Shown here in pieces: positions 27,841 through 38,900 of a DNA stretch of 64,000 nt. Origin of the DNA: Lingula anatina (Eukaryota; Animalia; Brachiopoda). The translations under genes were made by a program, and so were the position numbers. The DNA lies in the NCBI GenBank assembly GCA_051362555.1, contig CM120641.1, positions 38,260,401 through 38,324,400 of the forward strand. The letters run 5' to 3'. Within the stretch, counting starts at the first letter, position 1, and every line of letters starts with the position of its first letter. The notes below the pieces were generated by a model that made no database searches, was not told the origin of the DNA, and saw nothing but the letters and a program-made list of their open reading frames with translations.

Positions 27841-28521
27841 AATTTTATCCGTACGTTAAATAGAGGTAGGGTCGAAATTCCACAAAAATGGAAGCCATTT
27901 TGAGGGTAATTTCGATATATTTTCTGCTTTTTCTCTTATTTTGCTTTTATAACAGCATGCATCCTCCTTGCTCATGTAGCTTCTTTGATTTGCTATTGAA
28001 ACATACACAACGATGTCATGAGAATTTGGTCTGCTATCTAAATTTAAATTTCGTTCTTGTTATGCCTCCCCTCCCCCCCCCTCCCCGCAGTGCACCACTA
28101 GCAAAGAATGACTGAAAAATTATTTGAATTCACCAGGCCTCCTGTACATATATAATCCAAAGCATGCCACTGTACCATGAAAATCTGACTCCCCTAAAAG
28201 GTGGCTCATCATGAAATTTTAAACCCCCCCCCCTGTGAAATATTTGACTCTTCCAACAAAACTTCAAAAATCTTATTTTATGTGAGTATATTACTTTTAT
28301 CTAGTAGTATGCATAATGGAGAATACATCGGCACTTTTTGTTAGTTTGCAGGTAAAAATTTTCATGAGAAAATAAGAAAATTAAAAATGTGTATTTTACT
28401 ACCCAATGACTCCCCTATGAAAAAATTATTTGTTTGATATTTGGGGGTTATTTCAACATCTTTCCCTTTAGTATACTTTATGGAGAATACATTGGAAATA
28501 TTTGATAGTGTGGGTGAAATG

Positions 28522-28696
28522 GGGGCCGTAGCAATAGTCCGAAGGTTCAATAGTCCGAAGGTTCATTGGTCCGAATATTCACTATAGAACCTTCGGACCA
28601 ATGAACCCTTGATTAAAAAATCGATGAAAAATGTTACCACTTTTCGGACCAATGAACCTTCGGACCAATGAACCTTCGGACTATCGAGACACCCCC
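28522..28696. mobile_element. MITE with tandem subterminal repeats (MULE/Rehavkus-like), 8-9-bp TSD
   Basis: ggggccgtagcaatagtccgaaggttca...tgaaccttcggactatcgagacacccc, with gtgaaatg duplicated. Empty site at about 33194 in copy B; second copy at 39437-39595. Confidence 0.8.
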
Positions 28697-28873
28697 GTGA
28701 AATGGTATGGTGACTAAATATTAAGTAGGGCCTTTTCTTCATGGGAGTGCAAACCCCATGGGTATGAACATGAAGATTTTTTATGATTACTTTATATTTG
28801 GGAGTTCATACTAGAATCAATCACTTGGAAACATTTTTCCTTTTCCTCTATCTTTCTTGATTTATATTTTCAG

Positions 28874-28963
28874 TCTTGTGCATCAGCAGCACTCTTTCCT
28901 GAGTACATTGTCCACTCTGGTGGTAATATTGTAGGTACTTGGAAAACTGTTAAAGGCTGGTGA
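28874..28963 (+). other. Duplicated terminal exon of the D-serine dehydratase-like gene
   Basis: Intact ttttcag acceptor and open frame SCASAALFPEYIVHSGGNIVGTWKTVKGW*, followed by a copied 3' UTR and AATAAA at about 29509. Confidence 0.85.
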
Positions 28964-29514
28964 TATTGGCTAGTGATGTTGATGTCAAGATAGAGTTGGA
29001 TTCTTTTTACTACCTTATCAACTGCCAAAGAAAATGCAATTAATTATCAGGATTAGTAAAATGTTGCTAAAAAATTGTGCCACTAAAGAGAGTTTTAAAG
29101 GTTAATTTAAACTAATCTTTTGAATAATTTTATCTATTGTACATACGCATGAAAGTTTAGCATTCAACTATGCAAGTTAAAGTTATATATTTAGAATTTG
29201 AGAAATCATTATCTGTGATTCTTTGTTATTATTGATAAGAAAATGGACACTGGAAATGTTTCACAGATTGTATAATATTTTTTCTTTCCATCCCATTGTG
29301 ATTTTCAATTACATGGAATATCTGTGTTTGTATAAGTTATGTTCTATGGACATATTTTGTTGAGTCGTTGTTTTAAAGAGTCAGTGTTGTATTTACCTAA
29401 ACTACATCTTTAAGAAAATGATTGACATAGTAATTTCAGTTAGATGAAACTTAAAAATTAAATGCTCATGGTGCTTTGTAGCCATGGATTTGAAAGCTTG
29501 CTATGATCAATAAA

Positions 29515-30008
29515 ATGAAGTATAGATACAAAAACCACAAGACCTCTTTCAACTGCTTATCCAAACACCACCATACCTCATTAAGCAACTATATTTGGAC
29601 TCTTAAGGAAAAAAAAAATCAACTATGAACTGAAGTAGTCAAACACAACCAAACGGTGTTAGCTCTGCCTATGGGAAAAGTTTAACATCATTACTGCGGA
29701 AGGACAGAAAACACTGAACTCAAAAAATGAACTCGTCAGTAAATGCCGACATTCCAGAAAAAACTTGCTGAAAAACATGGATTATACGCACCGATTTTCC
29801 AAAGTTACTTATATATTTGTCTCAAAACCACAGTCATTTATAATGTAACGTAACAGCATTCCTTTGTTACCTGTACGTGCGATGTGGTGCTAACGTCACA
29901 TGCATATTTTTTTGTGCGACGTTTTGCATCAACCATTTGAAGTTAGTCTTCTTTTGTATTTTGATCTGTTTGCACCCCTGACGAGGCCTCCGGGCCGAAA
30001 CAGCTGTA
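29515..30008 (+). mobile_element. Penelope-like element 3' fragment, copy B
   Basis: Same GIY-YIG tail as 16455-16974, with a small deletion. Confidence 0.85.
29978..30008 (+). ncRNA. Minimal type I hammerhead ribozyme core (PLE-associated)
   Basis: CTGACGA, stem II GGCC-TCCG-GGCC, GAAA, palindromic helix III CAGCTG, and a GTA cleavage triplet. The 3' arm of stem I is absent. Confidence 0.75.
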
Positions 30009-30418
30009 TATATATAATTTTTTTTCTTGGTTTCAAGATCAAAGCAAAGTGTACATGACCTATTAATGTATAATTTTTAACACCTATAACACACTTATGC
30101 AAAACTCCCAAAGCAGTATCATATATGACACTCACTGAAGAGCTTCCTTTATTTTGATTGAATAAAAAACTTGAAAACACTTCTCACATACAGCACTGTG
30201 CAATTCCCAAATACCTACATATTAGCCAATTCATATACATTTTAGGTACATATTATTTTATCAAGTGATTTGTTGGCATTTAAATGTATTCAATATGTAC
30301 ATCAAATTAAATGAATAAAATAAAAATAAGATTCATGAATTTGTTCATGCAAATGGCACCTTGTGCGAAAACAATTCATAGTATTACTAGTAGTAAATTC
30401 ACTTTATAATTTAAACAT

Positions 30419-33400
30419 TTAGCTCTTGTGAATAGCTTCATGTCTTTTAAGAGCTTTTTCGTAAGCAAAAACTTTCCAGCAAGAATGGCAGTTGAAAGTC
30501 CTAACATTGGTGTGGATCCTCTCGTGGCTGTTACGTGTACCAGATTGCGTAAACCCTTTTCTGCAGAATCTACACTTGAATGGTCTTTCTCCTGTGTGAA
30601 CTCGTTCATGGTTAACAGCAGCAGGCTTCTGCACAAAGCTTCTCTCACAGAAACGGCATTTATGTGGCCTTTCTCCAGTATGGGTCATTTCATGCATTAC
30701 TAAACTTCGCCTTGTAGCGAAAGTCTTTCCACAAATCTTACAAACATGTGGCTTCTCACCTAAATGAGATCTTTCATGAAGAGTAATTCTATACATCGTA
30801 GGAAAGTCTTGACCACAGTACTGGCAGATGTACACTTTTGGCTCTCTCGGTTTTGTATGAGTCCATTCATGAGCCTCACGTTCCTTTTCGTAAACCAGAC
30901 AATTACACATTTTACATCGATATATTTCTGAAACATCTTTGTGCATGATGTTGTGTAAACGGAGAAGCACAAAGGAACCAAAACTCTTCCCACAAGTCTC
31001 ACAGATAAAAGACCCATTTCCATGTTCCTTTTGATCCATCTCTTTTTTGATTTTTATATTAGATTTCTTTGCTTTCAATATAGAAATGTCACTAGACATT
31101 TTTTCTGGTTCTTCATAAGTATGCTTAGTTGCAATTTTGTTTTTCACAGTAATATGTGGCTCAGAGGCAATAGTGCCAACAACAAGTGCATTTTCTTGAT
31201 CTGACAAGAGATGTCCTCTATGAGTAGAACCCAAAGAGCTTGTTAGAGCTGTATTGGAAGAAACACTTGATGTTATGGTCATCTTATTGGCTGCTGTCTT
31301 GGTTGGTATTTCACTATGAATAACATTTGGTTGAGTAGAAACAACATGAGGACTTTTTGAATCCACATCTTTGTTAAGCATCAGCTCCCTTTTTTGGACT
31401 GGAATTAATAAACATGTTGGATTAGGATGCTTAGAATTAGTCAAGATGACTAAGTATTTCTTTCCTGCAACTTTAACTCCACTAGAATCAACCTGTTTAA
31501 TTGATGCGTTTTGGTCAGTTTTTGTTTTTGGTATGATCTGTGTATTTGCAGATGCCTCTTGCTGTCCTTTGGTTTCAGAGACAGCTTGAGTCAAAGTATT
31601 ACTGTGATCTGAATATTGCTCTCTTTTCGTGTCAGAGACAGCCTGAATAATGGAATTACTGTGAACTGAATCTTGCTCCCTTGTATTGCCTGAGTCAGCC
31701 TGAACAATAGAGTTACTATGATCTGAATCTTGCTGTCTTCCAGTGTCAGTGACTGTTTCAGAAATGAAAGTATCCTGCTCTGTCTCTTGCTGTCTTCTGG
31801 CGTACAATTTACTTTGAGAATTGTAATTGTAATGTGTTAAACTGTGCACCCCTTTGGTGTCAGTAATAACTGGATGAAGAATATTGGTACCACCTTTGCA
31901 GTAGCTGAAATAGAAAACTTAAGTAAAAGTTATATATTCATTTATCAACAGTATCATAAAGATACAACTTAATTGTTTTTGTTTTTCTTGGTTCTTAATC
32001 TTAATTTCCATTAAAATTAAAGGTTAATTTGATGCAAGTGTGGATTCAGTATAACACATCAATCCCAGGGGCGGATTTAGGCGGTCTTCTGTGTCTTCCG
32101 GAAGACGGTCAGGTTTTTAAGTTTACATTGAGGGGTATCTAATTTTTTCTGTCGGAAGACAGTCAAAAATAGTAGATGGATCAACAAAGATGATTTGGAA
32201 GACTGTCAGAAAATATCTCTGGATCCGCCCCTGAATCCATTCTACTAGTTTCTTATATGACTAAAATAAACTTGACCTGCCAAGTTGCAAAATAAAGTAA
32301 TCCCTCGATCAGCCAAAAAAATAGCTTTAAAACAGCACCTCTTTCTAATTTCTGGTTGAAAATTGACCTACTTATATCTATATGGTAAATGATCCACTTT
32401 TCAGAAAAAGACCCCCCTCCCCCAGTGAAATTGCTGGCTATGGGCCTGGTTCTAATATACAAATTGTCATATTAAACCAGACATTGATAAAGCTCAAGAT
32501 AACTTATTTTAATGGTGAAACTTACTAGTCCATCAAATGTTTTGCCAGGCTTTCATTTGTTTCCAACTGTAGTCTATCTTTTAAAGCATTCCATCTTGGC
32601 AATTGCTGACCAATGTTTATCCCTATCCCCGATTCCAGGAATTGCTCCAAGGGCCTGATGACCTTTTCTTGAGATGGGGTCCCTTCTTTATCTAATTCAA
32701 ACTGAGAACCTGAATTGATTAAAAAGAGAAAACTATGAAGGAAATGGTTCTTAATTTAATTTGCTTTGAAGAAAATGAAGTCATTCTATCATGTAATAAT
32801 TATTTGAATTCACCTGGCCTGTACATATATAATTCAAAGCATGCCACTGTGTCATGAAAATCTGACTGCCCTAAAGGGTGACTCATCATGAAATTCCCCC
32901 CCCCCTCCAAAGAATTATTTGACTCTCCTCACAAAACTTCATTAATCTTATTTTAAGTGAGTATATGACTTTTATCTAGTAGTATGATGGAGGATACATT
33001 GGCACTTTTTGTTACTATGCAAGTAAAAATTTTCATGAGAAAATAAAATTAAAAATGTGTATTTTACTACCCAATGACTCCCCTAAGAAAAAACTATTTC
33101 TTTGATATTTGGGAATCATTCAACATCTTTCCTTTAGTATACTTTTTGGAGAATACATTGGAAATATTTGAAAGTTTGATGGAAAAATATTGGGTGAAAT
33201 GGTATGCTGACTAAATATTAAGTATGGCATTTTTTTCATGGGAGTGCAAATCCCATGGATATGAACATAAAGATTTTTTATGATTATTTTATATTTGGGA
33301 GTTCATACTTGAGTCAATCACTTGGAAACATTTTTCCTTTTCCTCTATCTTTGTTATCTCTGCACTCCTTTCAGAATGACAAGTAACAGCTGCTTCTGCT

Positions 33401-34574
33401 TCACAGTGTGGTGCATTCAAAAATTCTGCAGTATCTTGGTCATCAGTGGCTACATCATCCATTTTCTCAGTCTGGCAAACCTCTCTTACTTCCATGTAAA
33501 ATAAATTGTTTTTATAAATATTAAATACCTTTAAATGCTTTTAGATAAAAGCCTCAATAATTATCTGCAGATTTAATCAGCAGACAAGAAAGGTCAGTGA
33601 AAATCGGAGTACATGTGTATAAATTGAACAGTTAAACATTTTGGTGCTGTACACTACATACTATACACACTACCATAACTTACAGTGATATTTGAATATC
33701 AGTATCATTCTATTTGTTTAAGGAGGATCCCTACATTGCATTGGTGCTCCCATGCAAATGTTGATGGAATCATGGCACTGCCATCTTTCGAATATCCAAT
33801 AACTTTAAATAATTATTTGATAACTTACAAACAGGGATCCACCTAGAATACAGTTTATACCATTAAGATGTTCACAATACAGATTCAATAACAGTCTTTG
33901 TACAAGTCATGGTTATTAAGTGAAGAGCATCAACAAGTTAAAACATTACTTTAAAAAAATAGCCTAAATTATACCCGTTTTATATCTGGAACACTTTACA
34001 CTTTTCTTTTCGTGTCGTTTTGCTGTTCTCTGCTTGGGGCCTTTTCTCTGTCGGCGGTTAATCTTGGATACCTGAAATGAAGTACAAAACCAGCCCGTAT
34101 GTCAAATATAACAAAATTTTAGAAATATCTATGGAGTATTAGCAATTTCTATTTCATAAATAAATAAATACTGACAATATACAACAATATGCCAAAATGT
34201 CAATTCATATGTTGCACACGACTCAGAGTATCAGTAACAGTAGTTTTATTCAGGAATCTCTGTGGAGAAGGTACTTGTATTATTTCTGTACTCACTTGTT
34301 CTGGACACGCTAGCGCCGATATTGGGTCAGGATATTCCTCTGTGGGTCCGTTTCCACCCACAAAATGTTTGCTACACATGTAGGTGTATTTGGAAATCTT
34401 GTCCATGTTGAATTGCTCCATAGGCCTTCCACATAAGTGAACCCACCGCTTGCATTTCTCGAAATTAGTTTTTTGCTTAGGAAAAGGCAAGAAAAAAACA
34501 CCTGCCATGTACGACTTGTCAGCGTGCCTAGAGTCACTTTTGCAAGTGCCATAAGCACAATGCTTATGCACCAT
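30419..34574 (-). CDS. THAP-domain + C2H2 zinc-finger protein (7 fingers), 4 coding exons
   Basis: Phase-consistent exons 34574-34296 (THAP: CAYGTC...FLPFPK...KRW..CGR...MCSKHF...P), 34071-33975, 32709-32526 and 31904-30419 (about 20-aa linker repeats, then seven C2H2 fingers with TGERP/LGEKP linkers). Confidence 0.82.
32066..32233. mobile_element. MITE with CAGGGGCGGA termini and 5-bp TSD (hAT5-like)
   Basis: caggggcggat...atccgcccctg with aatcc duplicated. Sibling at 37385-37549. Confidence 0.85.
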
Positions 34575-35247
34575 CGCGGTTATAAATATCAAATTTGTGC
34601 ACTCAATCAATCCAGAGCCCAGTGCTGGTCCTTCCTCACTTCCTGCGCAGTAAGCTATTGCGCAGTATCAACTTTACTAAAATTTCAGTGATAAAATTTA
34701 ATAATTTCGTGCTCTTCTTACTAGATCTACTTCAAAATGGGTTCAATGTCACACCAAAGTATGTAAATATATAGGAAAATATGCAGGATAACGCTTTGCG
34801 TGATGCAACTACATGTACACGTGCCTCACACAGATATTATGCCTTTGAAAGTTTGAATATTCCCACTGGTAGTCTATTAAAAATTGTACCTCACTGTGGC
34901 ACTTTTTTGTTTTTTTAAGTATGAACTAAAGCAATGTCAGCGCTAACTTTAAGCAGTAGATAAGTACGAACGTGATTATTCAATCCCTCTGATATCATAA
35001 TTTATCAACCAGTCAATATCTGGAGTTGAACAATACTAGTATCTGTGGAGGGGAGTGTTTGGGGGGGGGGGGGGGGGGGGGGGGTGGAGGCCAATTAGTA
35101 AGCAATCATATCGACGTGATTGCTTCTCTGGTAAATTATCTGAGAAATCCAAAATATTTTTTGACTCAAAAATGGTACAATATTTTATTTTAAATTATAT
35201 TGGTATTATATTTTTGTTAAATGATCTGGAAGAGAGTAGAATGGCAG

Positions 35248-35362
35248 CACCCTGAGCTTCCTCTTCACTATAGCCTATCTTCATCCTGTCAAGTAACTTG
35301 ACACGATGAAGATAGGCTATAGTGAAGAAGTTAGTGTCAAGTTATCTCTGAAGCTCAGGGTG
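35248..35362. mobile_element. Palindromic MITE with 8-bp TSD
   Basis: caccctgagcttc...gaagctcagggtg with aatggcag duplicated exactly. Sibling at 38582-38733. Confidence 0.85.
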
Positions 35363-35948
35363 AATGGCAGTGAATGAAAAGTTAAATCAATGAATCATGT
35401 ATAATTGTATTTAATCTATCAAATGTACCGTGCAATTTGCATAAATACATTTGTGGGCTGAAATAGGGCTCAAGTTTGAAAAGCAAACAAATTGGATAAT
35501 TTTCCCTGTTATATATGAAGTTTTTTTTTTTTTTTTTTTTTTTCTTTTTTGAAATTTTCCATTTTTTTACAATTCAGCATTTTCTAGGTTTGACTTAAAT
35601 TTCCGTGGTTCTCAAACTATGTGCCTATTTATAATATAATATATATGATTATATTAATATATGATTAATATAAGTATATAGTATTTTAACTGTCTATCCA
35701 TTTGGCAGCTTTGCTGCTTTGTTAAAGTTCCACTAACAAGAATTAGAAAATCTTTTTTAAAATAAACATTTTAATTGATGGCATGGATTAAGTCCCAGAA
35801 ATCAACTAGTTTAAACGTAGATTGCAAGGACATTTAAGGTACAATGGATGTTTAATCAAAAACGATTTAATTGACGAATAATCAAAAGGCTGTTTTTAAA
35901 AAGTTCCGTTTAAATTTATCGTGTTTTAACATTTAACTATTAAAATTG

Positions 35949-38900
35949 TCATCTGGGGACAAGTTTCAGCCTAATTGGACGATCTGGGGCAGTAAAGATC
36001 TTCTCCTTCACCAAAATCTCTTCCCCATCATAAACCAATTTGTAGCGTTGTAACATCTGAAAAGAGATACACGCACATTAGAGACGCCGTGTGTGTATGT
36101 ATACCACGTATAGTATCACATTATAAGTTATAATAACTGGAACGTTTGTCGTAAAGAGAGTGCACATGATCTTGTTCTCGTAATTTAATTGCATAGCATA
36201 GTTAAAGTAAATGATATGCAAAACTTGTTGCGCTTACTCAACAAATGTATAACGGTGAGTTTGGCTTGAATTGTAGCCTACACAAATATGAACATCTTCT
36301 TTTGCACAAATCTATACATTATTGGTCATGTAGCCTACATGTAATTAAGTGCAGTAAAAACGCGGTTAAAGAGTTGTTTACATTTTGAGGATCTTTATTC
36401 GTAGCAATTGTATTTTGCTTTTGTGTATTTACTAGTTCACGCATACATTGAGGTTGACCACTATTCCTCCTACTACAGAGCCTTCACGAACTAGAGGTAA
36501 TGTAAGTTAGTGAAAGGCATAGGGTCACTGTTTTACCGATATAAATGGGATGGTACTGGTCAACATGCAATACCTTAGCAATCACCAAATAGATCTGCTG
36601 TTCTGCAAATCTTCTGCCAATACAACTACGAAGCCCGTGCCCAAAAGGAAGAACAACGAACGGTCGCATGTCAACTGTCTCGCCATGGGAGAACTTCGCA
36701 GAGGGTGGGTTATGGCGTCTAAGCCATCGTTCTGGAACATAATCGTCTGCGTTCTCAAAATATTCCTCCATGCGGCACATTAGGGCATTTTGGCAGACGA
36801 CATGAACCTGAGAAAGGGAAGTGTGTATACGTTGAATATCTCTAAATAAATCAGTGTCTTTTATACAAGATCATAAACCATTTTAGAATGGAGTTCTAGA
36901 AAAAAATTAGTACGAGTACACGACACATAAAGCTTGGACATAATAACGCTATTATGTCCAAGCATTTAGGAATATTTCCCAAAACGGTGAAGATGGTCAA
37001 TCGCGAAGCGATAAATTTTTTAGTGAGTAAAGAGATGATGGTTTTTATTATCATTTAAGTTGGCTGTTTGGGAAGAAAAAGCTAAAATAGCTGAGGAGCT
37101 AACCCCTTTAGGAATGCAGTAACCACTAATGTTTATATCTCGATCCAGAATTCGATGTGGACCGGCAAGTGTAGGATAAACCATCCTGAAAATAAAAATG
37201 AAGTGTGCTCTATATTTGTTAAAAAATCGGTGCCTCGAAGTACCAGTAGAAATAATAAAACATGCAACTCCCGACTTCTGTGTCCGTTTTTCATGTAAGT
37301 GTTGTTAATAACTATTCTATAAGTTGATCTACTGGAGTATTTCAAACACAAACATACGGTGGAGGGTGGGGTGTGGGCTTTGTACAGGGGCGGATTTAGG
37401 CTGTCTTCCGGGTCTTCCGGAAGACGGCCAGATTTTCAAGTTTACATTGACGGATATCTTTTTTTCTGTCGGAAGACGGTCAAAATGGAGGATTGATCAA
37501 TAAAGATAATTCGGAAGCCTGTCAGAAGATATCTCTGGATCCACCCCTGTTGTAGAGGGCATTTAGACAACAATATCTAGAGGGTACAAGAGAATTTTCT
37601 GTATTGGCACTCGCATAAAGGGGTGAATTGGGGGCATGTTATTCACCTTTTTCAAATAGCAAGCGGTCAAACAAAAACTGGACGACAATTTGATACTTGA
37701 AAATTGTCTTTTTTCTTACCTAAAAGATTCTTTCACGCAGGCTGTGAGATATGGTGGTTTAACTAGTTCAGACTGTTTGGCCGTAGGAAACTCGGGAACA
37801 AATCGGTTGATTTCATGCCAAAGCTTTTCTTGTTTTTCCGGATGTGATGCCAAGTGATACAAAGCAAACGACAATGTGTTAGTCGTCTGAAAAATTGTTA
37901 GAAAAATCTTAGTGTGTATATTAAAGAAGAAAGCATTTAAAGGAGCAGTCTAATCTGTACAATAACTTTCATTATAAAAATCGACAACACTGAAGCATTA
38001 TGGTTGTGATGGTAATACATGATCCATCATTTGTTTCTGCTATGTACTGGTAAATACTTACCGACTCAGTCCCTGCAGTGAATAAGGACGAAATTGTAGA
38101 ACATAACTCCTTCAAGGAAATATTTTTGTGATTCAGCAAGAGATTGGGGATGATGTTCTTGAACTCTGAGGATTCTTTTGAGCGCTGGAGACAAGATTCG
38201 AAATTCTGAGTATAGAACCTATAAAGAAATGATATAATACAATCGCTAAATCTTGTTTTAAAATTGTCAAATTTATTTAGTATATGTTGAATCTAATGCA
38301 AGAAGAATATTTCTAAAGAAGTCAATTTATGCAAAAGTAATTTTTTTTTGGGGGGGGGGGTTATAATCATGAATATTTAAATATTATCATAATTTTAAAA
38401 CGGCAAGTAAACTAAATGATGTATTAGCCTCCACAGGGGTCCCTTTTATAATTTTTCTCATTTTAGAATTATGGCGTTAAAACCATGAAAAACAGTACAT
38501 GCATGCATGACCTACTTATGGGTCATATTGTAAAAAGGTTTTCACTACTTGTACATTTGCCGCATGCCAGTCCCCACTAGCCACCCTGAGCTTCAGAGAT
38601 AACTTGACACTAACCTCTTCACTATATAGCCTATCTTCATCGTGTCAAGTAACATCGTGTCAAGTTACTTGACACGATGAAGATAGGCTATAGTGAAGAG
38701 GTTAGTGTCAAGTTATCTCTGAAGCTCAGGATGCAACTAGCTTGATTTTCATGGATTTTCAACCTTAATTTATTATCAAGCAACACACTTATTTTCATAG
38801 TTAGATGTAAACTCCTCCAAACTACATGTATAAAGCATATCTACGCAGTTTTGGTAACGGGTGAGCATGTTGGATAGAGGTGCATGTACTTTAAGTTGCC

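Larger units (their letters stand above)
20093..28114 (-). mobile_element. About 8-kb DNA transposon, Sola-like, internally deleted, with nested insertions
   Basis: 21-bp TIRs (ctgtcattctttgctagtggt / accactagcaaagaatgactg, 1 mismatch) flanked by AAAA on both sides. The empty site is visible in copy B near 32795. A 4-bp TSD and a K/R-rich plus SCFCxxC ORF suggest Sola; the superfamily call is inference. Confidence 0.75.
15812..28855. repeat. Tandem segmental duplication, copy A (expanded by TE insertions)
   Basis: 15812-17054, 18223-20092 and 28119-28855 align with high identity to 28856-33350. The gaps correspond to a LINE, an 8-kb DNA transposon and a MITE that are absent from copy B. Confidence 0.9.
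28856..33350. repeat. Tandem segmental duplication, copy B
   Basis: Matches copy A. The junction at about 28853 joins zinc-finger intron sequence (tcctctatctt) to dehydratase last-intron sequence (cttgatttatattttcag). Confidence 0.9.

Noticed and set aside
28528-28686. Short regularly repeated units superficially like a CRISPR array
   Set aside because: Eukaryotic context, no unique spacers, and the units are inverted subterminal repeats of a MITE with a TSD.
33289-33495. 68-aa acidic ORF in intron 2 of the THAP-zinc-finger gene
   Set aside because: No convincing splice sites were found, and exons 2 and 3 already join in phase. It may be a transposon remnant but cannot be supported.
34855-34876. 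Possible transposon terminus upstream of the THAP exon (TAGACTACCAGTGGGA on the minus strand)
   Set aside because: No partner inverted repeat was found in the window.
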